From Octopus vulgaris (Eukaryota): a stretch of DNA of 64,000 nucleotides. Below the pieces are notes generated by a model. It ran no database searches, was not told where the DNA came from, and saw only the letters and a list, made by a program, of their open reading frames with translations. Of the stretch, positions 24,863-36,335 are shown one piece after another. The translations under genes and the position numbers were made by a program. The DNA lies in NCBI GenBank assembly GCA_951406725.2, contig OX597816.1, positions 117,180,001 through 117,244,000 of the forward strand. Direction: 5' to 3'. Each line of letters opens with the position of its first letter. Position 1 is the stretch's first letter.

Positions 24863-26166
24863 CATCATCATCATCGTTTAACGTCCGCTTTCCATGCTAG
24901 CATGGGTTGGACGGTTCAACTGGGGTCTGGTGAGCCCGAAGGCTGCACCAGGCCAGTCAGATCTGGCAGTGTTTCTACAGCTGGATGCCCTTCCTAACGC
25001 CAACCACTCCGAGAGTGTAGCGGGTGATTTTATGTGCCACCGACACAGGTGCCAGACGAGGCTGGCAGACGGCCACGCTCGGATGGTGTTTTTTATGTGC
25101 CACCGACACAGGTGCCAGACGAGGCTGCAGACGGCCACGCTCGGATGGTGTTTTTTATGTGCCACCAACACAGGTGCCAGACGAGGCTGGCAGATGGCCA
25201 TGCTCGGATGGTGTTTTTTATGTGCCACCGACACAGGTGCCAGACGAGGCTGGCAAACATCCACGATCGGATGGTGTTTGTTACGTGCCCACAGCACAGA
25301 GGCCAGTCGATGCGGTACTGGCTATGGCCACGTTCGGATGGTTTTCTTATGTGCCACCAGCACTGGTACCACAAAGATACAAATTCCATTGATGTTCATC
25401 TATTTTGATTTGGTTTGATTTGATTTGATTTTCACTTGCCTCAACAGGTCTTCACAAGTGTTACAAGAAGGAAGGTATGCACAGGTGGACTGACTACGTC
25501 CCAGGTAGGGGCCACGGGTTATGGCTTCACTAGTCTTGCCAGGTCTTCTCACGCACAGCATACTTCCATAGGTCTCGGTCTCTAGTCATTTCCATGGTGA
25601 GACCTAACGTTCAAAGGTCGTGCTTCACCACCTCGTCCCAGGTTTTCCTGGGTCTACCTCTTCCACGGGTTCCCTCAACTACTAGGGATTGGCACTTTCT
25701 CACACACCTATCTTCATCCATTCTCGCCACATGACCATACCAGCGCAATCGCCTCTCTTGCACACCACAACTGATGCTTCTTAGGTACAACATTTCTCTC
25801 AAGGTACTAACGCTCTGTCGAGTAAGTACACTGACATTACACATCCATCAGAGCATACTGGCTTCATTCCTCATGAGCTTACGCATGTCCTCAGCAGTCA
25901 CGGCCCATGTTTCACTGCCATGTAGCATGGCAGTTTGTACACATGCATCATACAGTCTGCCTTTTACTCTGAGCGAGAGGCCTTTAGTCACCAGCAGAGG
26001 TAAGAGCTCCCTAAACTTTGCCCAGGCTATTCTTATTCTAGCAGTTACACTTTCAGCGCACCCACCCCCACTACTGACTTGGTCACCTAGATAACGGAAG
26101 CTATCAACTACTTCTAGTTTTTCCCCCTGGAAAGTAACAGAAGTTGTTTTCTGCAGATTTTCGGAG
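24863..26166 (-). mobile_element. young 5'-truncated RTE LINE with 16-bp TSD
   Basis: TSD gtgaataagtatgatt at 24847-24862 and 26167-26182; ORF C-terminus RRLRWYGHVARMDEDRCV...RGRGRPRKTW; (GAT)n tail. Confidence 0.95.
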
Positions 26167-26599
26167 GTGAATAAGTATGATTATTTAGTGGATATTGAGG
26201 GTAACTGTTCAGTTTATGGGTGTAAAAAAAAGTAAATAAAATTTAAGGGGGGAGATAACTAAGAAAAGAAACAAAGGGCAGTAAGTCAACTTCTTACTAT
26301 AATGGGCGTTATGTCTGTTCCCTTTTCATGGTCAAATGGCTGGACCAATAGTCATGATGTTTTTCAGGATTACAAAATAGGTAATCAGGAAAAAATGTAA
26401 AAAAGTATGATTATTTAGTGTATATTGAGTTTTGTATTAATAAATCACCTTTGATTTTTCTTTTTTTTTTGTTAAAATTCCGGCGATGTGGATTAACTCT
26501 GGACCTCCTCCCCTTTAGTCCATGAATTTAGAGGGTTTAGATTTACAATACTATTCCTTTATTTCCCATCATAGATGAGCAGATTCCTAAAGATTCCAC

Positions 26600-26775
26600 T
26601 CGCACATTCATAGCAAACAAAGCACCAGGCCAAGCTTTAGATCATGTAGGTGTATTTTTACCCACTCCGATGGCCAGTTATACATCGCTATGAGTAGAGC
26701 AACGGACTCTAGTAATTTGGAAATTAGTGTTGACCAAAAAGAAAATATCATCTACAAAGAAGTTTTGATATTATA
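26600..26775 (+). pseudogene. Helitron PIF1-family helicase C-terminal fragment
   Basis: FIANKAPGQALDHVGVFLPTP / GQLYIAMSRATDSSNLEI...ENIIYKEVL matches the TINKSQGQSL..VG...GQLYVALSR...NVVYKEVL motifs. Confidence 0.85.
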
Positions 26776-28924
26776 GATATGGAATATGATTTGTAGTGGT
26801 AATGTTACAAAGAAAAAGTGAGTTAGTGAAAATGAGGGTAGTGGGACAAAACAGCTGCTTCATTGGTGAGTTACCATAGTTGTCTCTTTGTGCCTTTTCC
26901 TTTTGGGACAGCATTTTGTTCAGCTGGTCAGCCAGATTAGGTTCTCACTAACTAACTTTTGCTTGGGAATCTTCTGTATATATAATTATTGCAAGATCAC
27001 AACAAAGAGAGACATACCTTTATCCAAACAATTTCACATTGGGAGGTCTATTGTTCTGTCAATTTAACTCACCACCACATACAAAAAGGTTAACAGAGGT
27101 CAAGTGGCAAAGACATAAATCAGCTTAGGGAAGACATCTGTTGAATGTCACTCTTGTCAACTTAATGTTTCTCTATGGGGAAAAGTGAAATTTGGCGATG
27201 GAGGATCAAATCCATGCCATGCCTGCATGAAGCCACTACCAATTCATAATTTAAATAAGGAAATTTGTGAACTTTGAATGTATAAGAGCATAATCAAGTG
27301 TAAAATAGTGTAAACAACTAAAATAAAAGTATATCTAAATAACATTTTCTTTATACTTATGTAGTGGTCAAAGGAATGTCTGGCTTTCAATAACCATTAA
27401 TGAAACAGAGGCTGGGAGCCCATATCAGTTCAGGAGTGAATCGTCATCATTTCACTTAGTCACAAATACATGTCATATAGCTGCAAAAGAATACTGTATC
27501 ACCAACCATAATGGGATTTTCCTAAGACACCCAGTAATCTATCAAGTCCATTTACACATTTCTCAATACATATTGCTGTTATGACTTCCTTCCCTCATTT
27601 TATGCCACCATTGTTGATGGGTAGATTTGCTAGTTTTCATAACAACTAGATGCTTTTGTAGCCAACTATCTCTTGTGTCAGGGCCAGTCATTGAGTATGA
27701 CACCTTCTTGTTTTACTTGATATATTATTCAAGTGACCATCCTTTACCCTATTTTGCCACATATTTTAAGCCTCTATGCAACTATTTTTATGGACTGTGT
27801 GCTTTCTCTAGCTTCATATCTTTAACTGCTGTACTGTTATCAACTTGGCTAGTCCCTCAATTGGGTCTATGTAAAGACTCCCAATTTTTCATGCATTCTT
27901 GACATTCAGCTACCTCTTTCTTTTCAAGGTCAGTGACAACAAGCATGCCATCATCACTTCCATGTACACTTTTCCCTGACAATCCTCATTTTCTGTAGTA
28001 CACTGTTTAAGAAAGACCACCTCATGACCTTTATCCTCATATCATATTTTATCTGTAAACTTCATCTTTTCTGTCTCTACCCTTCTTTGTATACCTAATG
28101 TAGCTTCTATTCTTAGTTTTTGTTATTTTTCTCTACTGCTCCATGTCTTCCAATTTGACTCTTTGCTGTTATGGCATTACTCATAGTATTGCTCTACAAC
28201 CATCTCACCCTTGTGTCTGGTTGGGGCCTTGCACCAACCACAGATTTGGTCTGTAGCTCTCAATAGACAGTCCCATAAAAACTGCCAGTTTTATTTTGCT
28301 ACACGTCTCAGTTAATAACTCTCTGAATCTACAAACAACAAAGGTCACTTTCAACTTCCAGGACTTCTTCCTGAGTCAGAGTAGCTCTCATTTTGAAGTT
28401 GCTAACCACTAACCTATGTTGGGAGATGCATTCTTTCACCTGAGTTGGACTTGGCATTTAGTCATCTGCCTGTCCCACTTTCTAGTGAGAATAAAGTCTA
28501 TTTAGTTTGCATGCTCACTTGATTGGCAATAAGTGATCAGGTCACTGGATGATTTCATGTAGATTATGAGATTATTTGCATCCCAGAAATCTAGGAATCT
28601 TGATCCCCCCCTCATATATCACCATCACCGTCATCATCATATATCTGTTTACCACGCTGACAGACTAGACAGTATAACAGAATCCAGTGAACTGCAGAGT
28701 CATGTCAAACTCTAATGTCAGTTTTGTCTTAGCTTCTATGACTGTAAACCCTCCCTAACACCAACCATTCAGTGTGGACTGTGTGCTTATTTGCATGCCA
28801 CTGGCAGAAGCAAGGTCACCAAGTTACTTACAAAAAAAAAAAAAAGAAAAAGGGAAAATTTAGAGATATACTCAGGTATTAAGTTCTGTTTCTATTTCTT
28901 CCGTCAATCTTATATGTATGCACA

Positions 28925-29085
28925 CACACATGGCTGTATGGTTAAGAAGTTCTCTTCCCAACCATGAGATTTCAAATTCAGTCCTACTGTGTGGCACAAT
29001 GGGCAAGTGTCTTCTACTATTGTCTTGGTCAACCACAGTCTTGTGACTGATTTGATAGACGGAATCTGAAAGAAGCCAGTTCTAT
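28925..29085 (+). mobile_element. family A SINE head
   Basis: catggctgtatggttaagaag...gggcaagtgtcttctactat...gacggaatctgaaagaagcc. Confidence 0.75.
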
Positions 29086-29157
29086 ATATGTGTATGTGTG
29101 CATATATATACACACACACATATTCATACATACACACACAAACACATGTGTGTGCAC

Positions 29158-29193
29158 CTTGGCTAACTGTATTTTATTGCCATGTGAGCAAAT
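29158..29193 (-). other. candidate 36-nt micro-exon
   Basis: Acceptor ttccttttctgttttcatttcaag| and weaker donor aag|gtgcac. Confidence 0.3.
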
Positions 29194-29235
29194 CTTGAAA
29201 TGAAAACAGAAAAGGAAACCAATGTGCATATGTGC

Positions 29236-29293
<58 letters not shown>

Positions 29294-29794
29294 CACATGT
29301 GAATATGGTCCTTCTCCTGACACCAAGCACTAGTTCTCAACAACTTTCAGGTGTCATTTGTTTGCAATTTTCTGATAATAAAATCTCTGAACTAAGTAAA
29401 AAATACCACTTTGCTTTAGAACAGGTGAAGGTTGATTACAGAAAGAGCATCTAGCCATCAAAAATCTACCTCACAAAATTTTGTGTCACTTATACAAGCA
29501 TTGAAAAGTATACAAAAATGTATTAAAATAATGATAACACATGTATGCAATTTATATATATATTTAAATATGTGTGTATCTGTATATGTGTGTGTATGCA
29601 TGTATATATATTATATAGTCATATAGTTACATATGTACTATGTGTATATTTACATGTGAGCATGCATATATATATATATATATATATATAAATATATATA
29701 TATGTACATATATACACACACACACATATGCATATGTATGAATATGTAAATATATAAACATTTATGTATGTTATTTATATATTAATATATGTCA

Positions 29795-30081
29795 TCGTTA
29801 CCAGCATTGCCTTACTGGCACCTATGCCGGTGGCATGTGTAAAAAGATTCGAGCGAGGTCGTTGCCAGTACTGCCTGACTGGCCCCAATGCCGGTGGCAC
29901 ATAAAAGCACCCACTACACTCTCGGAGTGGTTGGCATTAGGATGGGCATCCAGCTGTAGAAACTCTGCCAGATCAAGATTGGAGCCTGGTGCAGCCATCT
30001 GGTTCGCCAGCCCTCAGTCAAATCATCCAACCCATGCTAGCAGGGAAAGCGAATGTTAAACGATGATGATGATGATGATGA
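29795..30081 (+). mobile_element. RTE 3' end fragment
   Basis: aaaagcacccactacactctcggagtggttggc...aacccatgctagcagggaaagcgaatgttaaac(gat)n. Confidence 0.9.
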
Positions 30082-30161
30082 TTTATATATAATTGATCAC
30101 GTTTCACCTTTGTGAACACACATAAATGTGTGTGTGTGAGTGTATACACACAAATGCATAT

Positions 30162-30207
30162 CATCATCATCATCGTTTAACGTCCGTTTTCCATGCTAGC
30201 ATGGGTT
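30162..30207 (-). mobile_element. 46-bp RTE-tail mini-insertion with 16-bp TSD
   Basis: TSD acacacaaatgcatat at 30146-30161 and 30208-30223. Confidence 0.92.
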
Positions 30208-30449
30208 ACACACAAATGCATATATATGCATGTATGTATTTATTTATGTATACATGCATATCAATACATAGCTATATATACATTGACATCATTATGATGC
30301 ATATATTTATAATATACATAAATATGCATGTATACCACACACACATATACACATGCAGATATATATATATATATATATATATACATACATTTACACAAAT
30401 ATACAATACAAATATCATATATGAACTGATGCAAATACAATAAACAATA

Positions 30450-33290
30450 AAGTAGGGCAACACAAGAGGAACAAGTTTTAACAAATACGGTATTAGCTTA
30501 ACGCTTTAATGGAAAGAGAAGTTGCTTCAATGTTTTGAACCTCAGTCTTTCATCAGAAGAGAGAGAGAAAGAATGAAAGTTTAAAAACCAGGTGGGAATG
30601 CTGTTTTATTGGGGGCAGTAGTTAAGAAGGGAGGAAGAAGCAAGTGTATATATGCAAGTATAGGGGTGTATTTGTATCTGAAAACTGGCAAAGGGGTGAG
30701 CTGTGTGTCAGTATAGTGAATGTGTGTAGAGGTATGCAAGTGTGGAAATATACTGATGTGGGTTAATGGTGTGTGTGTGTGTGTGTGTGTAATTGTAATG
30801 AGTAGGTGGTAAGAAAGTGCATATGTGAAGAGGTCACAGCCAGTGCTGATGTGAGGGGAAGAAAGACGCTGGTGATGCAAATGGAATGGCAAGAGCAATG
30901 TGTAGGGTGCAACAGACGTGTGCAAGTGTGTGATAAAATTACAAAGGTGTATGAAATATTTTAACAAGGAAAAAGAGGTTTACACTAAAATATGCAAAAG
31001 AAAGAGAAAATGTATGAATTCTGTGAAGAAAGGAAAAGTCAAAGAAAGTGTTAAAAAAATTTACACAACACTATATATGCTTATATATATGTATCATCAT
31101 CATCATTTAACGTCCGTTGTCCATGCTGGCATGGGTTGGACAGTTTGACTGGGCTGGCACGCTGGAAGGCTGCGCCAGGATCCAGTCTGATTTGGCATGG
31201 TTTTCTATGGCTGGATGCCCTTCCTAATGCCAACCACTCTGAGAGTGTAATGGGTATTTTTACGTGCCATTCACGTGACACAAGTATCTGCCACGACTGA
31301 GATTTTGCTCAGCTTGATGGGTCTTCTCAAGCATGACAGTGCCAAAAGTCTTGGCCATTGCCTCTGTAAAGCCCAACACTCAAAAGGAACTCAGCAACTT
31401 TGCCTCCACAAGACCCAATGTGCAAAAGGAACTCAGCCACCGCACCTCCATGAGGCTCGTTCAAAAGGTACTCAACCAGCTTGACTCTGCGAGGCCCAAC
31501 ACTTGAAAGGAACTCAGCCACTTTGCCTCGAAATGAACTCAGCCACCTCGTCAGGCCCAATGCTCAAAAGGTACTCAGCCACTTTGCCTCCACGAGGCTT
31601 GACATTCAAAGGTTGATTATTTTCTTTATGTGCCACCAGCATGGGTGCACTTGGCTTGATGGGTTCTCTTAAATAGAGCAGATTGCCAAAGGTCTCAGTC
31701 ACTAGTCATTGCCTCTGTAAGGTTCAAAGCATATGTACATTTGTATATAAATACTTGTTACACATGTATACATATATAAGCCTACACACATATATCTACA
31801 TACCCATATGCTCACATACATAGATGCATATGTATGTGTGTGTGTGCATGCATGTATATATATATATATAAACACACATACACACACACAAATAAAAGAA
31901 AATAGCACTCAGCAAAGTATTTGGAGTTTTAAGTATTTAATAACAATGTTGACTCAGCTTCACATTAATCAAAACTTTCATGGGTGCAGAACACATTCAC
32001 ATCAATAGATGAATGGAGTCAGAGTAGAAGGAATTTATGAAACATTTTAAATAGCTACAGAGTGAAAATAGGCCTGTATTGATCAGTCCAGGTCACATGG
32101 ATATTTTAGTTAGCCAGCAACAATTCTTTCATTACATGCTCCATGTGGTAGAGTAGGCTAGCTGTCAGCATTGGTTAGTTGGTGTTCTGAAGGCTATGAC
32201 ACTTCAGGGACAGTTACCACATGGAGTTATAAAAATTTTAGTTATGTCAGATTACATATCAGTCTGCATGACAAACATGGTTACATAGAGTAAATATAGC
32301 TGGGTGAAAATGTCTACAATTATAGTACACTGAATAGTCAAGAATCTCACTATGGACAGTAGGGATTACATATCCTGCAATTATGCATGGGCCATTTAGG
32401 CCTACGATGATAATCCCAGATTATCAGCAACTTGTTGCTTGAAGTTCTTTAACAGGATGTATCTTTGGTGACAACAATAGAATAGGTTGGTTTTCCTACT
32501 GATGGATACTGCAGGCAATTAAAGTATATGCAAGTTCTCATGGAGGTAGAAATGACAATTACTAATAATGGTTGAATGAGGAGTAGCCTTGTCAAGGAAA
32601 CTCCATGTGATACTGAGGAAGTTGCTTCCTTGATCTGGGATTAACCAAATGAAGTGGTGGAGTTCTCCATGTCACTACACTTGAAGGAGTACATATGTTA
32701 CATAAATTCTTTGAAATCACCAATTGATATGCCTGTATAGTGTCTTAGTAAGCCATTAGACATTGTGTGAATGGCTTGACCACAACTTTTGAGTGACAAG
32801 ATCCTTGCAGTAAGCAACTGGTAGGATCTTGGCAGTTACAGGTTGGAATGTGGAAGGAAGATTGTGTGGGTATTTGTTTATGTTATAGTGAGACATGCTG
32901 GATGCAATATAATCTAAGTATGAGTAACTAACCATTATGAGAATTAGAGTTGATATCTAAAGGTTCTTGAGAAATACGGGCATTACGGAGTTCCTAGTTA
33001 TATGAGTGACAGTATCTATATTGAATGAAGAATTCAACCAAATTACATTTCCCCTTCTAAAACTTTACAGGTTTGGAGATGGAGTATATATACTATATAC
33101 TACCTTATCAATGAAGCCACTCATTGTTAGTGCCTTATCATATTGAGGTGTAGCCTTTTGGAAATTTTTTTCTCTGCTAACAAATTGGAAATTCTTCTGC
33201 TGATACCTTACATTGCAGCCTTACTGATGCAGGAGTGGATGGCAATGAGAATACATTTACTTACAATACCTAAGAGATATATATTAGCTA
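30450..33290 (-). mobile_element. decayed Penelope-like element (RT thumb, GIY-YIG, UTR, hammerhead-like core)
   Basis: Frameshifted GISRRISNL, KATPQYDKALTMSGF, RGNVIWLNSSF, TCNCQDPTSCLLQGSC, RHYTGISIGDFKE, SITWSFLDKATPHS; ctgatga...ttcaaaac at 30528-30556. Confidence 0.75.
31093..31725 (-). mobile_element. RTE-family 3' end with a ~40-bp tandem array
   Basis: (CAT)n tttaacgtccgttgtccatgctggcatggg; repeated aaaggaactcagccactttgcctc at 31370-31610. Confidence 0.8.
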
Positions 33291-33404
33291 ACTTGGAAAA
33301 CTGTGAGAGTATGTGACAGGAAGGGTATCTGGTCACTGAAAGTCTGCCTCAAAAAACCATGCAAATATGAGAAAGTGGGCATTTAAATTATGAAGATAGT
33401 ATAT

Positions 33405-33720
33405 AACTGGCATCCAATTGGTTACAATGATGAGAGTTCCAGTTGATCTGATCAATGGAACAGCCTGTTTATGAAATTAGCATGCAAGTGGTTGACCACA
33501 CAACAGACATGTGCACCCTTAATGTAATTCTCAGGTAGATTCAGCATAACACATTGTGATAAGGCTGGCCCTTTGAATCATAGGTACAACCCATTTTTGC
33601 CAGCTGAGTGGACTGAAGCAACATGAAATAAAGTCTCTTGCTCAAGGACAAAATGCACCACTACGAATTGAACTCACAGCCTTCTGACCATAAGCCGAAT
33701 ACTCTGACTACTAAGCCACA
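33405..33720 (-). mobile_element. tRNA-derived SINE, family D (V-domain-like)
   Basis: Minus strand tgtggcttagtagtcagagtattcgg...gagttcaattc...gtccttgagcaagagacttta; sister copy at 58785-59015. Confidence 0.75.
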
Positions 33721-33929
33721 CACATACATTACATGTACATATATATACCTATATACACATATACCATCATATATTACATACATTACACACCCACTCATCC
33801 ATGCATATAAATACACATACAACATGTGGACAAGGAACACCACAATGAAGATCATAAGGAGAAATTTGAATTTAGAACACAATTGCGTGTATGAGTTTGT
33901 ATACATGCACACACATCTGACTGTATTTG

Positions 33930-34300
33930 TAAAGAAACATGGTTCAGATCTACTGTATGGAACCTTGAGCAAATGTCTTCTATTATAGATCCAGGCCAAA
34001 TAAAGCTTTGTGAGTGGATTTCATAGACAGAAACTGAAAGAAGCCCATCATATATATGTATCCATATAGATAATATATGGACACATACATACTCGTATGT
34101 TTACATGTGTGTACCCTTGTCTTGATACTACATGATAGTTGTAAAGAAACCATCACCATCATATGAGTGAGCTTGTTCATTTCCAGTCTTCCATTAAAAG
34201 CTTGTCTAGTCATGAAAAATATTACCTTCTTTCAAAACAGGAATGGCATTCAGCCATGAAATCATAGAAGAATAGACTTTAAACAATGATGTTAATGATG
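33930..34300 (+). mobile_element. family A SINE variant
   Basis: accttgagcaaatgtcttctattatag...gtgagtggatttcatagacagaaactgaaagaagccc. Confidence 0.65.
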
Positions 34301-34650
34301 AAGCTATATGTACTTATCTATAGATATATCTGCCCCCAGAATGGCCACATTCCAATGATTGCAACAAGTATAATGTAAAAGATATTTGTATATGCATATG
34401 TTTCAAGAAGGAGAGAGATAGAAATATAAATATCATCTTTCTTTACCGTTTAACAACCAGTGTTCTATGCTCAATCAGCCTATGAGCAGCCTCTGATTTT
34501 TTTTACCCATTCAAGAGACTTTTTAACCCAACACTCTACATGCTATTTATAGCTTTATCTATTTCAAGTTCTACAGTAAAAAATTATTTATTTCATATTT
34601 CTTTAAGTTTATAAAGTCATATAATATAAATATCCACATATTTATATATA

Positions 34651-35012
34651 GGTGCAGGCATAGCTGTGTGGAATGAAGTTTGCCTCCCAACCATATGGTT
34701 CCACTACATGGCACCTTGGGCAAGTGTCTTCTACAATAGCCTTGAGCTGACCAAAGCCTTGTGAGTGGATTTGGTAGACAGAAACTGAAAGAAGCCCATC
34801 AAATATATATTTGTGTGTGTGTGTGTATGTATTTGTGTGTGAGTGTGTGTGTGTGTCCACCATCACTTGACAACCGATGTTGGTGTGTTTATGTCCCTGT
34901 AACTAAGCAGTTCAGCTAAAGTGGTTGATAGAATAAGTTCTGGGGTCGATTTGCTTGACTAAAGGCAGTGCTCCAGTATGGTTGCAGTCAAATGACTGAA
35001 ACAACTAAAAGA
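34651..35012 (+). mobile_element. full-length family A SINE
   Basis: Colinear with 5987-6394. Confidence 0.88.
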
Positions 35013-35014
35013 AT

Positions 35015-35060
<46 letters not shown>

Positions 35061-35065
35061 CATTA

Positions 35066-35553
35066 TAATGCCAGTGGCATGAAAAAAGCACCCAGTACAC
35101 TCTGTAAAGTGGTTGGTATTACAACCATCCATAGAAACTATATTGAAGCAAACACTCAAGCATGATGCAGCCCTTGGATTCATCAAATCCTTATCAAACT
35201 CATGGAACATGGACATTAAATAATGATGATGATGATGACACACACATATACATACACATCCTCATCCCAAGTTAACATTATCATCATATATGGGACTGAT
35301 ATGAGATCTATAAGAAATGTAGGCACAAGATAAAATGGATTTTGAAACCTAAGGTACTTGTAGACTATATCAATAATATATGTAGACCATCATCATCATC
35401 ATTTAACATCTGTTTCATGTTGGCATGGATTGGATGGTTTGACAGGAGCTGGTAAGCCAGAGGAATGCACCAAATTCCACTGTCTCTTTTGGTATGGTTT
35501 TTATGGCTGGATGCCCTTCCTAATGCCAACCACGTTACAGAGTGGACTGGACA
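35066..35553. mobile_element. two older RTE tails, tail-to-tail (+ 35066-35238, - 35388-35553)
   Basis: aaaagcacccagtacactctgtaaagtggttgg...(gat)n and (cat)n tttaacatctgtttcatgttggcatgg. Confidence 0.75.
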
Positions 35554-35614
35554 ATACACACACATATTCATATAAATACATATATGTGTGTGGGTATAAT
35601 CTATGTCTGTAATA

Positions 35615-35674
<60 letters not shown>

Positions 35675-36302
35675 CATGTACATAGATTATATCCATACAC
35701 AAACATTTATAGAGAGATAGAGAGGGTGGAGAAAGATGTGTGTGTGTGTGTGTGTGTGTGTGAATATGTAAAACATTTCCAATTGAATTTACAATCATTT
35801 TCTTTTGTAATTTATGCTTGAAACTATGAGTTGGTATCATTACAATTTACAATTTCAAATTTTGTAGAAGTAGGAGAGCATTTGGTAAAATGCCAAACTA
35901 GGATAAAGTGGTTACCATTCTAATATTTGGCTTCAAATTGTGTACATCTCAGAAAAGCAAGAAGCAAAATCCAAAGCATAATTTGGAATTGGTATCCTTA
36001 CAATATGATGCTTTAAATTCTTGTAGAATACAAACTGCAAACTGGAGTATACTGGAAGGACTATATACCTTGCATTGATTTTATTTGGACCACATAAGCA
36101 CTAAATTCAAATCCTGCAGTACTGGAATTTGGCTTCCTTTCCCCTACTCTATGGTGGCTAAAATATAATAGGTAGCAGTCATAGATTTAAATGAGACAAT
36201 TCATCATAGGTAAATGCACCACAATCAAAATTATCAGGCATTCAATGAATAACACCATAACCAGTTATGAGCAACCTGAATGATTTTAGTAGTGCAGCTC
36301 AC

Positions 36303-36335
36303 CTGCTGATGAGCTATGTCTCATGTGGCCCACTC
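36303..36335 (-). other. candidate 33-nt micro-exon
   Basis: Acceptor acc(t)n-ag| and strong donor cag|gtgagc; one open frame, VGHMRHSSSA. Confidence 0.5.

Larger units (their letters stand above)
24711..26930 (+). mobile_element. Helitron remnant with duplicated 5' end and helicase tail
   Basis: A|TCttcctataatggacg start, repeated at ~26291; PIF1-helicase fragment at 26600-26775; 3' boundary uncertain. Confidence 0.7.
22560..28500 (-). mobile_element. old, heavily decayed RTE LINE hosting nested insertions
   Basis: Tail near 22560; QLSFVPKSITDAIFLVRHLQEKYIARSKPLY at 24570-24670; TDQICGWCK near 28230. Confidence 0.7.
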
